64,000 nt of DNA from Eledone cirrhosa (lineage: Eukaryota). The notes beneath the pieces were generated by a model, which worked only from the letters and a program-made list of their open reading frames with translations, ran no database searches and was not told the origin of the DNA. Positions 38,990 to 53,830 of this stretch are shown in pieces; the stretch's first letter is position 1, and the number at the start of each line of letters is the position of its first letter. The position numbers and the translations under genes are program-made. Location of the stretch: positions 141,174,001-141,238,000 of the forward strand of contig OZ024741.1 of assembly GCA_964016885.1 (NCBI GenBank), in the 5' to 3' direction.

Positions 38990-41900
38990 CAAACAAGGCA
39001 TTTAGTCTTGGCTGCTGGAACGTACGGACGCTGCTTGACAGGGATTCCTTGGAGCGTCCTGAACGAAGGACCGCTCTTGTTGCAAAGGAGCTTCGACGTT
39101 ACGATCTTGACATCGTGTTTTTATATGAGACGAGGTTAGCTAGAGATGGTCATCTTACAGAATTTTGTGCAGAATATATATTCTTCTGGAAAGGAAGAGA
39201 TGACGGAACCAGAAGAGAGGCTGGGGTAGGATTTGCTGATAAGACTGTTCTTGTGAATAAATTAGAAGAATTCCCAGTAGGGATTAGTGAGCGTCTTATG
39301 TCCATGAGAATTCAGCTGGACAAAGGAAGATATGAGACCCTGGTGAGTGTGTATGCTCCAACTATGAACTCTGTCGATGAAGAAAAAGTGTCCTTTTACC
39401 ATGCCTTGAAAGGTGTTTTAAGAAATATCCCTCAGGCAGACAAAAGTCATCGTGCTTGGTGACTTTAATACTAGAGTGGGTAGGGATTTAAACACATGGA
39501 ATGTAATCGGAAGGCATGGGGTGGGAAAGTGTAACAACAATGGTATGCTCCTGCTGCAGATGTGTGAGGGGCTGGATCTGTGCGTTACCAACACCATATT
39601 CCAACAAAAGAACAAATTCAAGATCACATGGTTGCATCCTGCATCTAAGGAATGGCATCTTTTGGACTACGTCCTAGTCAGGATGATTGACAGACAGGAT
39701 GTGTAGTGTGTTCGTGCTCTTCGTGGAGCTGAGTGCTGGACGGACCACTGCCTGGTACGCGCAAAAGTGAAACTAATCACTAAACGTAAAATCCGTGCTC
39801 CTGGTGTTGCCCTGCCCAGAAGATTGAATGCTGCTCGTCTTAAGGATAAAAATGTGAAGAGGACATTGGAAGAAGAGATGCAGGCTGCAGATCTTGGTGA
39901 GGATTGGCCGACCGTTAAAAAGTCGGTTTATAATGTAGGCAGGCGTGTTCTGGGATTGGTGCAGAGAAAATATCAGCACTGGTTTAATGAGAATAATGTA
40001 CATATAGAAGACGTGTTGGGTGATAAGAGGCGTGCTCTGTCACGCTACTTGACGGCAAAACCACAGGAGAGGAATACGTTGCATGAGGAACTCAAGGATG
40101 TAAAATCACGTGTTAGGCGGAGTCTTTCTCAGATGAAGGGTCAGTGGTGGAGTGAGAAGGCTGGTGAGATACAAACTGCGACGGATTCCAATAACACAAA
40201 GCTGTTGTACAGTCTCTTGCGTGAGGTTTATGGACCGTCTTCTTCTCTGCTGACACCGCTTCGCAGCAAGGATGGCAAAGAACCTCTTCGTGACTCACAA
40301 GGAATTCTACGAAGGTGGCAAGAGCACTTTGATGATCTTTTGAATCAGCCGTCTGTCGTCAGTGAATATTTCCTCAATCTTTCCAGAAAGTCCTGTGAAA
40401 GTAGCTCTCGCAGAACCTCCGACGCTTGTGGAGGTTGCAGTGGCTATCTCGAAGCTGAACAGTGGGAGGTCTCCAGGTATGGATGGCATACATGCTGAGC
40501 TCTTACAATATGGTGGTGAGAGACTCCTGCAACATCTTCACTCTTTGTTTGGGGGCTAATGAATCCGTACCTGAGGACTGAATAGATGCAGTAATAGTGG
40601 TCTTGTACAAGGGAAAGGGTAACAGGAATGATTGTGGGAACTACAGAGGTATATCATTGCTTTCTGTCCTAGGGAAAGTTTTATGTAGGGTGCTTCTGGA
40701 CCGTTTGCTGACACACATTGCAGATTGTGTTCTTCCTGAAAGTCAATCTGGTTTTCGTGCTGGACGTGGCACAACTGATATGATCTTCTCAGCTAGACAG
40801 CTCCAGGAGAAGTGCATGGAACAAGGTTTGGATCTGTATTAGGTATTTGTCGATCTGACAAAAGCTTTCGATACTGTTAACAGAGATGCATTATGGAAGG
40901 TTCTCCAGAAACTTGGTTGCCCTGATAAGTTCCTTGCTTTTGTTATGTCATTCCATGACGACATGAAGGCTTGGGTTAATGTCGGAGGTAACATGTCGGA
41001 GCCTATCTCAGTAAAAAATGGAGTGAAACAGGGGGATATTCCAGCACCGACCCTGTTTGCCATATACTTTGCAATGGTTTTCTGTATTGCATTCAGGAAT
41101 TGCGAGCATGGTGTTTACATCCGATATCGAACATCAGGCAGCATATTTCACATCAGGCGCTTTGCTGCAAAGACAAAAGTATTTACATCAATCATAAGAG
41201 ACCTCGTGTATGCAGATGATTGCGATCTTGTAGCGCACACAGAGAGTGATATGCAGCACATTTTGAATGCATTTTCTGACGCTTGCACTGCCCTAGGATT
41301 GACTGTCAGTCTCAAGAAAACGGTCGTCATGTACCAACCTGCCCCTGGTAAGCAGTACACTGAACCAAATATCTATGTGTATGGTAAACGACTTGGAGTG
41401 GTTGATCAGTTTGTCTACCTGGGAAGCACTGTCAATCGATATAGCAACCTTGATAGTGAAATCTCACTTAGGATTAGGAAAGCAAGTGATGCTTTCGGAA
41501 AGGTAGAAAGCCGACTCTGGGGTCGGCGAGACATATGCAGGAGGACAGAGGTAAAGGTGTACAAGGCATGTGTGCTCTCTTGTCTTCTTTATGCCTGCGA
41601 GACCTGGGTCACATATCGACACCACCTTAAGCAATTGGAGCGTTTCCATCAGATGTGTCTCAGACGGATCCATGGCGTTCACTGGAGGGAGTACATCAGT
41701 GATGTCGAGATTTTGGAAAGCTGTATGTGTGACAGTATAGAAGCTCTTGAGCTTAAGCTACGACTCCGTTGGAGTGGTCACCTTGCCAGGATGAAGGATT
41801 CTAGAATACCAAAACAGCTCTTTTATGGAGAGTTACTTAAAGGAAAACGACCGCCACATAAACCAAAAAAGAGGTATAAGGATTCCTTGAAAGCCTCTTT

Positions 41901-42160
41901 GAAAGACGTTAACATCTCTGCTGATACATGGGAAAATATTGCCGCTGATCGTAATAAATGGAGAAAGACTGTATATGAGGGGAAAGTAGCCTTTGAGGCA
42001 TCTCGAATCGCATACGAGAAAGTAAAACGGTATGTGAGGAAGGGCATTGCTGTTGCACTTCCAGACGGCGAGGGTCCTCGTTGGTGCTGACATGCAGCGT
42101 CTGTGCGAGACTCTGCATAAGCAAAGCTGGACTCGAAAGTCATCTTCGCAGTCATAAAGT
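38990..42160 (+). pseudogene. RTE ORF remnant: AP endonuclease + reverse transcriptase + C2H2 zinc finger, with several frameshifts and stops
   Basis: Motifs: GCWNVRTL, ETRL, LGDFNTRVG, HLLDYVLV, WTDH (APE); YRGISLLS, QSGFR, FVDLTKAFDTVNR, GVKQGD, YADD, YLGS, LYACETW, LRWSGHLARM, GKRP (RT and downstream); CSVCARLCISKAGLESHLRSH. Breaks near 39445, 39705, 40380, 40560, 40840 and 42090. Confidence 0.92.
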
Positions 42161-42685
42161 AAGACCAGTGGTTGACTACCAGGCTGCTGTTGGAGATGCT
42201 ACTCATCATGCTTGCCAAGCAAAACCTGTCAAAGGGCAAAGGAGCTCTTGAGAGTCAATGACCTTCCAAAATCACCGGGAGAGATGACCCCTTAGCCTTT
42301 GTCAAGGCAGAATTCTAGGAGAAGGAAAACTCTGATATAACACCTGCAACCCTGATGGTATCCAATGATGTTGACTTGTTCTTCTTTTTGGTAAATATCA
42401 TCTTGTTTAAGAGAGTGGGACTGGCTTTGTGCAGTGCCTTTACTCACTATAAAAGCTTCACGGCACAGGCATTACTTTATATCTGGAGATCTCTCTGCAC
42501 TTGTCATCACATGGTACCATGGGCCCAGAACTATGTGTCAATGATTGTCACAAGTGTAGTGTTTGTACCAGAGTTTTCAATCGCTGGCTGGACTAAAAAG
42601 TCACACTCGTTCAGCGCATCTGTAGGGGTTTTCCTACATGGATTTAAAGTAGTGGCCGTAAACGAAAACGAGTTGGCAGCCACCA

Positions 42686-44652
<1,967 letters not shown>

Positions 44653-44859
44653 CACAAATGTTGTCAATAGAGACAGTCGGTTTCTAACATAGACACAAGA
44701 GACTCTCATTGGAATTTACACATCAACTAGGTAGATATGTATGCATGTCTGCATGCATGTGAGTGCAGGTATGGATGTTATTGTATGTTAGGATGTGGAT
44801 GTTTTGAGCTGTATTTGTACATGTGCATACGCTTTGTATCTGTACATTTGTATATGCAG

Positions 44860-45135
44860 TTATTATTTGCAAAAGTTTTAGAATGTTTTACATATTTTTA
44901 CTGTTCCATTTACTGGATTGTGCGTGTAATTTCCTAATTAGTTGTGTTCTTTCTGTTTCTGTGAAGCCTAGATTCTTAAGATTTGCATTGAGGCAGTTAG
45001 TAACATATCCGAGTGCCCGAATAATCACAGGCATAAATCTGAAGACATGATCAGTGTGGAGTATCTGCAGATTTCTCATTAGTGCTGCATAAATAATGTT
45101 CTCCTTTTCGCTAATCTTTGATATGATATTAGCGT
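44860..45135 (-). mobile_element. 3' fragment of an R4/Dong-like REL-endonuclease non-LTR element
   Basis: Translation DANIISKISEKEN..Y..LMRNLQIL....FRFMPVIIRALGYV matches the C-terminal REL motif P(V/I)IIGALG. Confidence 0.65.
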
Positions 45136-45247
45136 CTGTATGTATGTCTGTATGCATGTATGTATGTTTATATGAGTGGCCCAGCTTATGTTGTTGTCCA
45201 CAATGTATATGTATGTATATATATATATATATATATAGGAACAGGGT

Positions 45248-45335
45248 CAGGACTCCGACGACTGAGATCCGGCCGTTTCGACAGCTAGTCGGATCTAGCT
45301 ATTGAAACAGCCGGAGCTCAGCTGTTGGGGTCTTG
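45248..45335. repeat. Hairpin made of two inverted hammerhead 3' halves
   Basis: Plus strand: GAAA-CAGC...GCTG-TT-GGGGTC. Minus strand: GAAA-CGGC...GTCG-TC-GGAGTC. No CTGANGA. Same family as 2293-2395. Confidence 0.55.
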
Positions 45336-45786
45336 CAGAGAAAGCTTTAAGCGATACTGACCAACTCCATCTCACGCAACAAACATTAGGATATACCTAA
45401 GTATAATCCCAATTTAGTGTTTGGGGTGCTAACTATATAGTATTCCGTGGATAGGTGGTTGTATTATTTTTTATTTATTTTTTATGATTAAATAAATCTC
45501 TTTCCTTCCATACGATCGTTTCGTTATAAGATTTGTACAAGTTGGGATAAATAATCTCCAGGTTATGTATATATATATACGAGCTTTCTTCTATATTCTT
45601 GCTATTGTCTGGCGTCCTTCCCTCTCCCTTTCCTTTGTTTCTATATTCCAATGAAGCATTTGCCTCCGTAAAATTGAGATTTGTTCAAGCAGTTACTCAT
45701 TGACCATTTTTAGTTTATATTTTTCTCTTTTATTTCCATTTTATTTCTCTTATATTTTCTCTTGTGTATATGTATACATACATAGA

Positions 45787-45861
<75 letters not shown>

Positions 45862-45868
<7 letters not shown>

Positions 45869-46182
45869 AGAAAAAAGAGAATCAGTGTTGCGACGAAAGG
45901 AATTTATCGGGCCAATTTATCGAGCGACCAGCTCGAGGCTCGATCGATTTGGTGATCAAACCTGACTCTGAAATCGTGCGGTCCTCGGATACGTCTCGAT
46001 TCTACGAAATTATAGGAAAATCTGCTTCGTAGAATCGAGACGTATCCGAGGACCGCGCGATTCCAGAGTCAGGTTTGATCACCACATCGATCGTGCCTCG
46101 AGCTTGTCGCCCGAGAAACAATTGTAATATGTCCAATAAATTCCTTTCCTCGCAACACTGTTTCCCTTTTTTTCTGTGATAT
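45862..46182. mobile_element. GC-rich fold-back element (~150-bp arms, ~17-bp loop)
   Basis: 45862-46009 is the reverse complement of 46026-46182. Directly follows (TA)n. The right arm has GAAA-CAATTG-TA (46115-46126) followed by AATAAA. Confidence 0.65.
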
Positions 46183-46395
46183 CATACTCTGCTCTACGAG
46201 GGCATCGAGTGCTCATACGGCCTACCGCATACGGACGCTTTAAGCATCCAACACCAATTATATATATATATATATATATATTATTGTGTCTGTGTGGTAA
46301 TTGTAATGTACAGAAGGATAATGTGCATTACCTTCTTATGCACTTAACACAAACGTTTACTTAAGCAAGAGGGTAAGCATTGTAAATGCTGTGAT

Positions 46396-46464
<69 letters not shown>

Positions 46465-46469
46465 CATGA

Positions 46470-46514
<45 letters not shown>

Positions 46515-46950
46515 CATGAGTATATATAAACATATATTTGTATCTATCTATATGCATTCTATTACTCTCGTATACATAAACCAATCAGTTTTTAAATATT
46601 TGTTTCAGGTTAAGTCTTAGTTTTCAATGAAATCACTTAAAGAATTGCAAACATATTCTGGATTATCGAACACGAACTGATACTTGCTTGCCTACATAGT
46701 TACGTGGGAAAACATAACGCATTGCTCTGATTTCTCGTCACAGCATAACAATGCTCACCTCAATTAATCAGACATAAATGTGTAAACAAAATGTTTATTC
46801 TTTCAAACTGTTTACAAACCTGACGAACAGTAATCCTACATTCATGCACACCTTTTCTTTCAATTATAAAATATAGAGTTGATAGATAGAGACATGAAAT
46901 AATGATTATTTCATATTTCGAATAATGGTTATGTGGTTAAGAATATATAT

Positions 46951-47071
46951 ATTAGAGTGTAGGGGCCCGACGGCTGAGCTATTGCCGTTTCAACAGCAAA
47001 TTTCAGGCTCAGGTCAGGAATTTGCTCTCGAAATGGCAAGAGCTTAGACGTCAGGTGCATACTCTCTAATA
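46951..47071. repeat. Hairpin made of two inverted hammerhead 3' halves
   Basis: Minus strand: GAAA-CGGC(AATAGCTCA)GCCG-TC-GGGCCCC. Plus strand: GAAA-TGGC...GACG-TC-AGGTGC. Same family as 2.3 and 45.2 kb. Confidence 0.55.
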
Positions 47072-47145
47072 TATTTTCACTCTACTATACCAAGTATCAA
47101 GTACTCTGTTGAATACTGGTCTAACTAGTTTAAAGCTAGTAAAAT

Positions 47146-47182
<37 letters not shown>

Positions 47183-47291
47183 ACCTTATTCATTATAGTT
47201 TTAGGAACACAAGTCGTAGTGTGCTTCACGTCTGTTTACGACTAAAATCGGGGGATTATTTGATCCACCAACTTTCTTCACTTCAATAATA

Positions 47292-47333
<42 letters not shown>

Positions 47334-47589
47334 TAATAAATTTAAAAGTTTTTTTATATTCCACATGGTTAGCAATATAAAGAAAATAAGTTTTTTTTTT
47401 TTCGATTTTTAAATCATATATATATATGTGTAAGTGTACGTACAGTAACTTGGTGTTTCGACAAAAGATCATCAAAATAAGTACCAGACTAGAAGAATTG
47501 AGTACTGTGACTCAATATAATTGACTTTAATTCGGTCGCTCCGCATATCGACAGCTGTAAGACTAAATCCAATATATTAAGAGTTTAAA

Positions 47590-47783
47590 ATAATAATTGT
47601 TTCTACGTTAGGCACAAGGCCAGCAATTACCCAGTGTATTACTGGTACTTTATTTTATCGACCCCGTAAGGATGAAAGGCAAAGTTAACCTCGGCAGGAT
47701 TTGAACTCAGAATGGCAAGGGCCGTAACTCTATGCGCCAAAGATGGCATCCGAAACTCTACCAATACTGCCAATCCACCGCCT
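47590..47783 (-). mobile_element. SINE family A
   Basis: Full copy. TTTAAAATAATAAT on both sides is a possible target-site duplication. Confidence 0.85.
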
Positions 47784-48281
47784 GTTTTAAAATAATAATA
47801 TAGTCTATTCCTCTCATAAAATGTAATACTTCTTTATTCTCAACTATGAGCTAGATCATTATATCTCTTTCACTTTGATAGCTTGAAGGTTTAGGAAGAT
47901 TTAGGTATTTAAAATTTTATACAATTCTACTGCTTAAAAATATTCGATATTATCTGGAATTTGACACTACTATTAGAGAAATTTTCGATAATTTTCTTTA
48001 ATTATGGGAAATAGCATACGGAAGGAAACCTCGGTATTTATGGCTCCTTACAAACAAAATGTAATCAATGGAAGTAAAATAAATACGATTTTGCTAATAT
48101 TTACAGACATTCAATTAAGTAATGAAAGTGCTTCATTAATGAATGAATACCAATTTACATTTACTAAGAACCAATAGAAGGAGGATCTTAAATAAGTTAA
48201 TTGAGACAACTCACTAATATGAGGCTAATAATTTATATCTATTCAACATTCAGAAGTAAACCTCCCAGTACTACACCTCCT

Positions 48282-48422
<141 letters not shown>

Positions 48423-48652
48423 CCCCCCCCCCGCTTGAACCCGAGACGAGCACAAACACACACATTTATATATACTCAAATTTATTTTGTGATTCACCAC
48501 TAGATAGGATTGGTCATTCCGTTTAGTTAATGATAATGTATAAGTTTAAAAAGCACTCTACGTCATGCAACTCATCTATCGTTGATGTTTAATCCCATGG
48601 CTGGTGCAGGAACGGAGTTAAATATTAATTTGGTGGTATCCCTTTAAAGATT

Positions 48653-48709
<57 letters not shown>

Positions 48710-51689
48710 AAATGTAAGGATCATCAATGTTTAACACAGTAATACATTATTTATGTTATTTACATGTGTTTCATTCAACTACAAAGGATGTGGCATTCAA
48801 TACCTTTGTCTATATAGTATATTCTAGTTTATTTATATGGTCAATTTTCTATCCTCTGTTCCCACACGGGATGCCCAATTAATTGCATCATTTTTTGTTT
48901 AATCATATAACTGCAGATATGGATGTGTGATTTCGTTGGTTTCGAGTTGCGATTCAATGTTAGGTACCGTGTTCAATTGTGTTTCACTCTAGACTCGGTT
49001 TGATCAATACCTTGTTCAAGAAAGTTAGTAGAGAGAAATCACGGAGGCCTGCCGGGCGTCTGAGATTTATATCCATTAACGTAGAGCCTCAACAAAAAAT
49101 GATGTATAAGCATATTTTTATCAGATTTGATAAACAGAAGAAGTACAGGGGTTAACATGATCGGCTATATCAATATGATGCCCCAGAATGACCGCAGTTT
49201 TCTGGCTGAACGAAGCAAAACAATAAAAGAATTGCTGTTACATATGTATATGATGTTTCTTCAGAAATATCGTAAAGTCTTTAATTTACTTCTCAATTAT
49301 AACTTACTAAGTAGTAGTTATATGTTATATATGTTATCAATTGTTTAAAGTTTATTTCAACAGTTGATTTTTTTTTCTCTTTGTATAAATCTGATAAGCA
49401 TTTAGGAAACAGTTTCAATAGATTTGCTTGTTGATATTTATCGGCATCGTTTAAGTTCCAAAGCACATCACATACGCTGAAAATACCATAGTGATTACTG
49501 GTGATTGCTAGTTTAAACGTCTACAAGGCGTTGATTATCTGGAAAACATTTGATAATGTTTTTATACATTGAAAATCGATGCAACATCAGTTTGAAAGAC
49601 TTTATCATTTGTATTTCTGCATTCAAGATTTTTTATGTCTTTTGATGAAATTGTTTCCAGATTGCTGTTATCAGGCAACGAAATGTTATATCTTTAAGCT
49701 ATTTATTTAACTTTTAACTACTTTGAAGTTGATAGGAATCTTCAATTATTCGTAGAGCACATTGACATTTCATGCGATTAATGAATATTGATAATACAAC
49801 AGTATATAATGTTTTAGTAGTTGGTTACATTTTAAGTGATTTTCATACGTGCTATTAGACTTTTAACAACGTAAAGACAACTGTGCTATATTAAGTTTCA
49901 CGTCAGTTTATCAACCCATTGTAAAGTGGGAAAAGACAAAATTGATATTTTGTACGGTGAAGTTGACATACCTTTTATATATTTGATATCGCTTGTTGGT
50001 AATTTCTTTCGATGAATTTTACTTCCTAGAATAATTAGTGGACTTACTACTCATCGACACTTAGGGTCGCCATCATGAAATATAATCTGTCGTGAGCACA
50101 TAAATCTGGCAGAGCCTATCTCTTCAATGAAATGAAAGAGAGAGAGAGAAGAAGAATCGACCCCAACGCTACTTCATTTATTAATGTTGGAAAGCAAAGT
50201 TTTCTTCGGCGGAATTTGAACTCGGAGCGTAGAAATCCGAAACACTAATAATACAAAGCATTCTATTCGAGAGTCTATCAACTTGCCTCCTTTAGAATAA
50301 CTATACTTGCATGCTAATTTACTTGAATCATACATTCCAGTTTGATTTCGAATAGAATTTAATTATATCCTCTGCTGGGAGATTTCTCCTTGCACAAACA
50401 GCCATATATTGAATAGATGATAATTAATGCAGAGAATTATTATTTGATTAATATAAGGCAAATACCAACCGTATTACTGCTGAAATAACTTATATCTATA
50501 GGCTCACTGAAATAAATCAACATTTATTGTTGCTAATATTGATTTCTAACAACGACACAAGTCCATTTATTTGTTTGCTGGAGAGTATAGTCGATTAAAT
50601 CAATCTCATTACTTGATTGGTACATTATCCTATCGTTCACGGAAGAATGAAATGCAACGGTTACCAGAGTTTAGCTCAGAATCTAAAGTTGTAATTAAAT
50701 ACCACAAGGCATTTTGTCCGACACTTTAACGACCCCATCTATGCAACTGTTAATATTCAAATCAGTGATTCTTTGAAAGGGGGTGTTAATCAATTCACCC
50801 CAACCCCTTTACGAAATTGCTGACTTTTACCTATATTATTTAGTTATAACATTTAGTTAGGAGAATTGAAGGAGTCTGTAGATTGTCACAGTTTTTTGGG
50901 ACGTTTCTATAAGTTAACTAAATATGAAGCATGTATCAGAGGATAGTTTCACCCTCGTTATTGGGATAGCATTATTCCTTCTGATATCGAAACACCCGAT
51001 GCTATGAAACTATCACAATGTTATGTAAGAACATTTAAGTTATGCTCCAAATATCAGCATAATATTGAGACAGTTAATTATATAAGTAAATCCCACCAAA
51101 TTTCCGATTTGAAAATATGGTCAGTCGATTTCATTAGATATATGATAACGAAAGCGTTGAAATGGGTGGATTAACATCTCACTTGTCAAGCACCAAGTTG
51201 TTGTTCTGAAAAGCAGCTGTCGTTTTGTTTATTTTTTCTCTTCTAAGTGTCAATAATGGCTTCATTATATATTAATTGTTAATCTAAAGTGTAGATTTAG
51301 TGAATCGTATCGTAATATAAACATTGAAAAATAAACCGAATCATTAATTCAACTCGCCTGAGAAGCTTCCCCGCTAAAGTTGGATTTTGTTAAATAGAAC
51401 TAGATCTGGTTTTTGGCGTAGTTGGTAGCGAAATGATCGCTTTTGATACAGGCAGAGCATATATTTTTGTCTTGAATCCACGCATTCAGTAAAATAATTA
51501 TTAGGTTCTTGTTAAAGCTACAGCAATATATTTTCGACAGAAATAATAAAATATGTTATTGGAAATCATTTAATACTAAAAGGGAAAATCTCGCCGTCAC
51601 TGACTCCGCTGTTGGCCAAAGCTTAAGTGTAAACATGTTCGTTAAAATAACCATGGTATATACCCAGTCATATAAATATATAGCCTTAC

Positions 51690-51840
51690 CAGCATCTGTT
51701 TTGAGATCAGTAGGATCGATTGCTGTCACCATGATTCTATGAATGTCGTCTTCTGTCGTCTCTAACACCAACATTACTGCTATCGTCATCATTGCCAGTA
51801 ATAAGAACTACAGCATTAACTGCAAATGATGTTCCAGTCT
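51690..51840 (-). other. Candidate spliced exon of an unidentified host transcript
   Basis: Acceptor CTTATTTCAG| and donor G|GTAAGG enclose 151 bp of non-repetitive, GC-richer sequence. No frame is open end to end; ATG-initiated frame MMTIAVMLVLETTEDDIHRIMVTAIDPTDLKTDA runs into the donor. Confidence 0.3.
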
Positions 51841-53529
51841 CTGAAATAAGCATAGCCCTGTCAAAACAAGTTATTGATCCTAACAGAAATAATGAGCTAG
51901 AATATATCCTGAGTAAGACATAAAAACCAAAACCAGCTAGAGGACAATGACTGGAAGAAGAGATGGATATAAAATATAAACAAAATTAGCATATATAACA
52001 GTGGGAGTTCTTAAACAGATCACAAGAATAATTATATTTGATAAATAATTAAACTATTGTTATTAACGTGTATGAAATAGAGCTAATTTCTATAATAAAT
52101 GTTACTAGCATTGCAAAGACCACATGCTAGGCACTGTAATCTAAATATTGACCGCTTCCCTTTAACCCTTACTGATGAATGCCTAATACTATTTTTCAAA
52201 TTACAGTCAGCTAAGTATTTTTTCTTTACTGGTTTCATTGACTAGACTGTCCACACTGGTGCGGTACACAACTTTAAAGAGATTTTAGTGGATCATGGTA
52301 CTTACTTCTTGCATGTCTACATAGAGGCAATTATAAACAAAAGCATGTACACTTGTATACATACGACGGGATTATGCTGGTTCCGATTACCAAAATCCAC
52401 TAAAAGGCATCTGTTAAACTGAGCCTCTAATATATGATACTTATCCATGGTTAATACGAAATCACATAGCTGCGAAGGGGTTTACTTAACCACACAACTA
52501 TTCTAATATACTGCAGTTGTTTACATGTGAGTGCTGCTGGAAATTTGAATTAATTGTATAACATGACGACATTAAGGGATACACCATTTAAATAAATCTG
52601 AACGCTGGTTAATATTACGTGTATAATGATATAGATACATTCGTAAATCAGTAGAGCGTCACACAAAATGTGTTGCAGTGTTTAGTTAAATTCCTATAAA
52701 TGTTGATTTCAGAACCAACGGAAATCAGCTTTTACTTTCAATCTTCTGGGATCAATAAAAAATATTACCAATTAAGAACCATTTAGCCCTCCTTCCCAAA
52801 ATTGCTGGTCTCGTACCTAAATAAGAAATCAATATTTCATGTGCATTAAGTTATGTGAATAAAGAAAATCTGTAGAGCGTCGCACAAAATGAGTATTTAG
52901 TTATGGTCCATATATTCTGAGTTCAAATCCTGCCAGATTCAGCTTCTTTCATCCTCACAGGATCGACGAAATAAACCGTGCCATCACGTAATCGATCCAA
53001 TCGATTAAACACAAATTCAATAGACATAGACATATGGCAGATAGATGTAAATAATTTTCCATAGAGTGTAACTTCTTTTCTATATCATTAAAACTAACGA
53101 TTATCGATCAGTGACCTTTGTACAAGACGACAGGTTTGTTGGATAGCAGTTAGTGTAGATTAAACTAAATATAAAATATTACTCTCAGATAATTTGTAAC
53201 AGAAGTGTGAACGGCAAATTTTACCCTGTTAAGATTTAAAGCTGCGTGTGAGTGTATTTAATCAAATATTGTTTTACCATGTTCATATATTATAAACCCA
53301 AGTCAATACAGTGTGTTATATCTATGTATGTACATAATCATGTCGGTTACGTGATTCTAGGGAATACAAATTGCTTAATATCAAGATGTTATAAATCAAC
53401 TGATCTCACATTATTTATCATTCTATTTTCATCATTCTATTTTCTATATACTGCTTGTTTATTTACATACAATTGTTAGTTTATTTGTGCAACATGTAAA
53501 TATATATATCATGTGAATATAAATGCACA

Positions 53530-53830
53530 CTAGGGTAGGACTTTTATCGGTTCCGATAAAGAATGTTCCAGTTGTTCGAACAACAATACAATCTGCTTGT
53601 GAAATTAACGTGCAAGTGATTAGGCATTCCACCAACGAGTGTACTCTTAACGTAGACATCGGAATAGGAATCATAAGTTAATATGACTGGCCCTTTGAAT
53701 TTCAGGTAGAAATAATTTTTGCCAGCTGAATGAACTGGAGCATCGTGAAATAAAGTATCATGCTCAAGCACACAATGCGCCTCCGGAAACTGAAGTCGCC
53801 ACCTCAGACTAGAGTGTCGAGCACACTTCT
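53530..53830 (-). mobile_element. SINE family B (core GCTCGTGAAATTAACGTGCAAGTGGCTGAG)
   Basis: Core shared with about 16490, 20130, 28210, 30050 and 63130. tRNA-like head on the minus strand. Confidence 0.7.

Noticed and set aside
38198-39001. 267-aa minus-strand ORF as a gene
   Set aside because: Composite of antisense RTE sequence, (AAT)n poly-N/I runs and the R4/Dong fragment.
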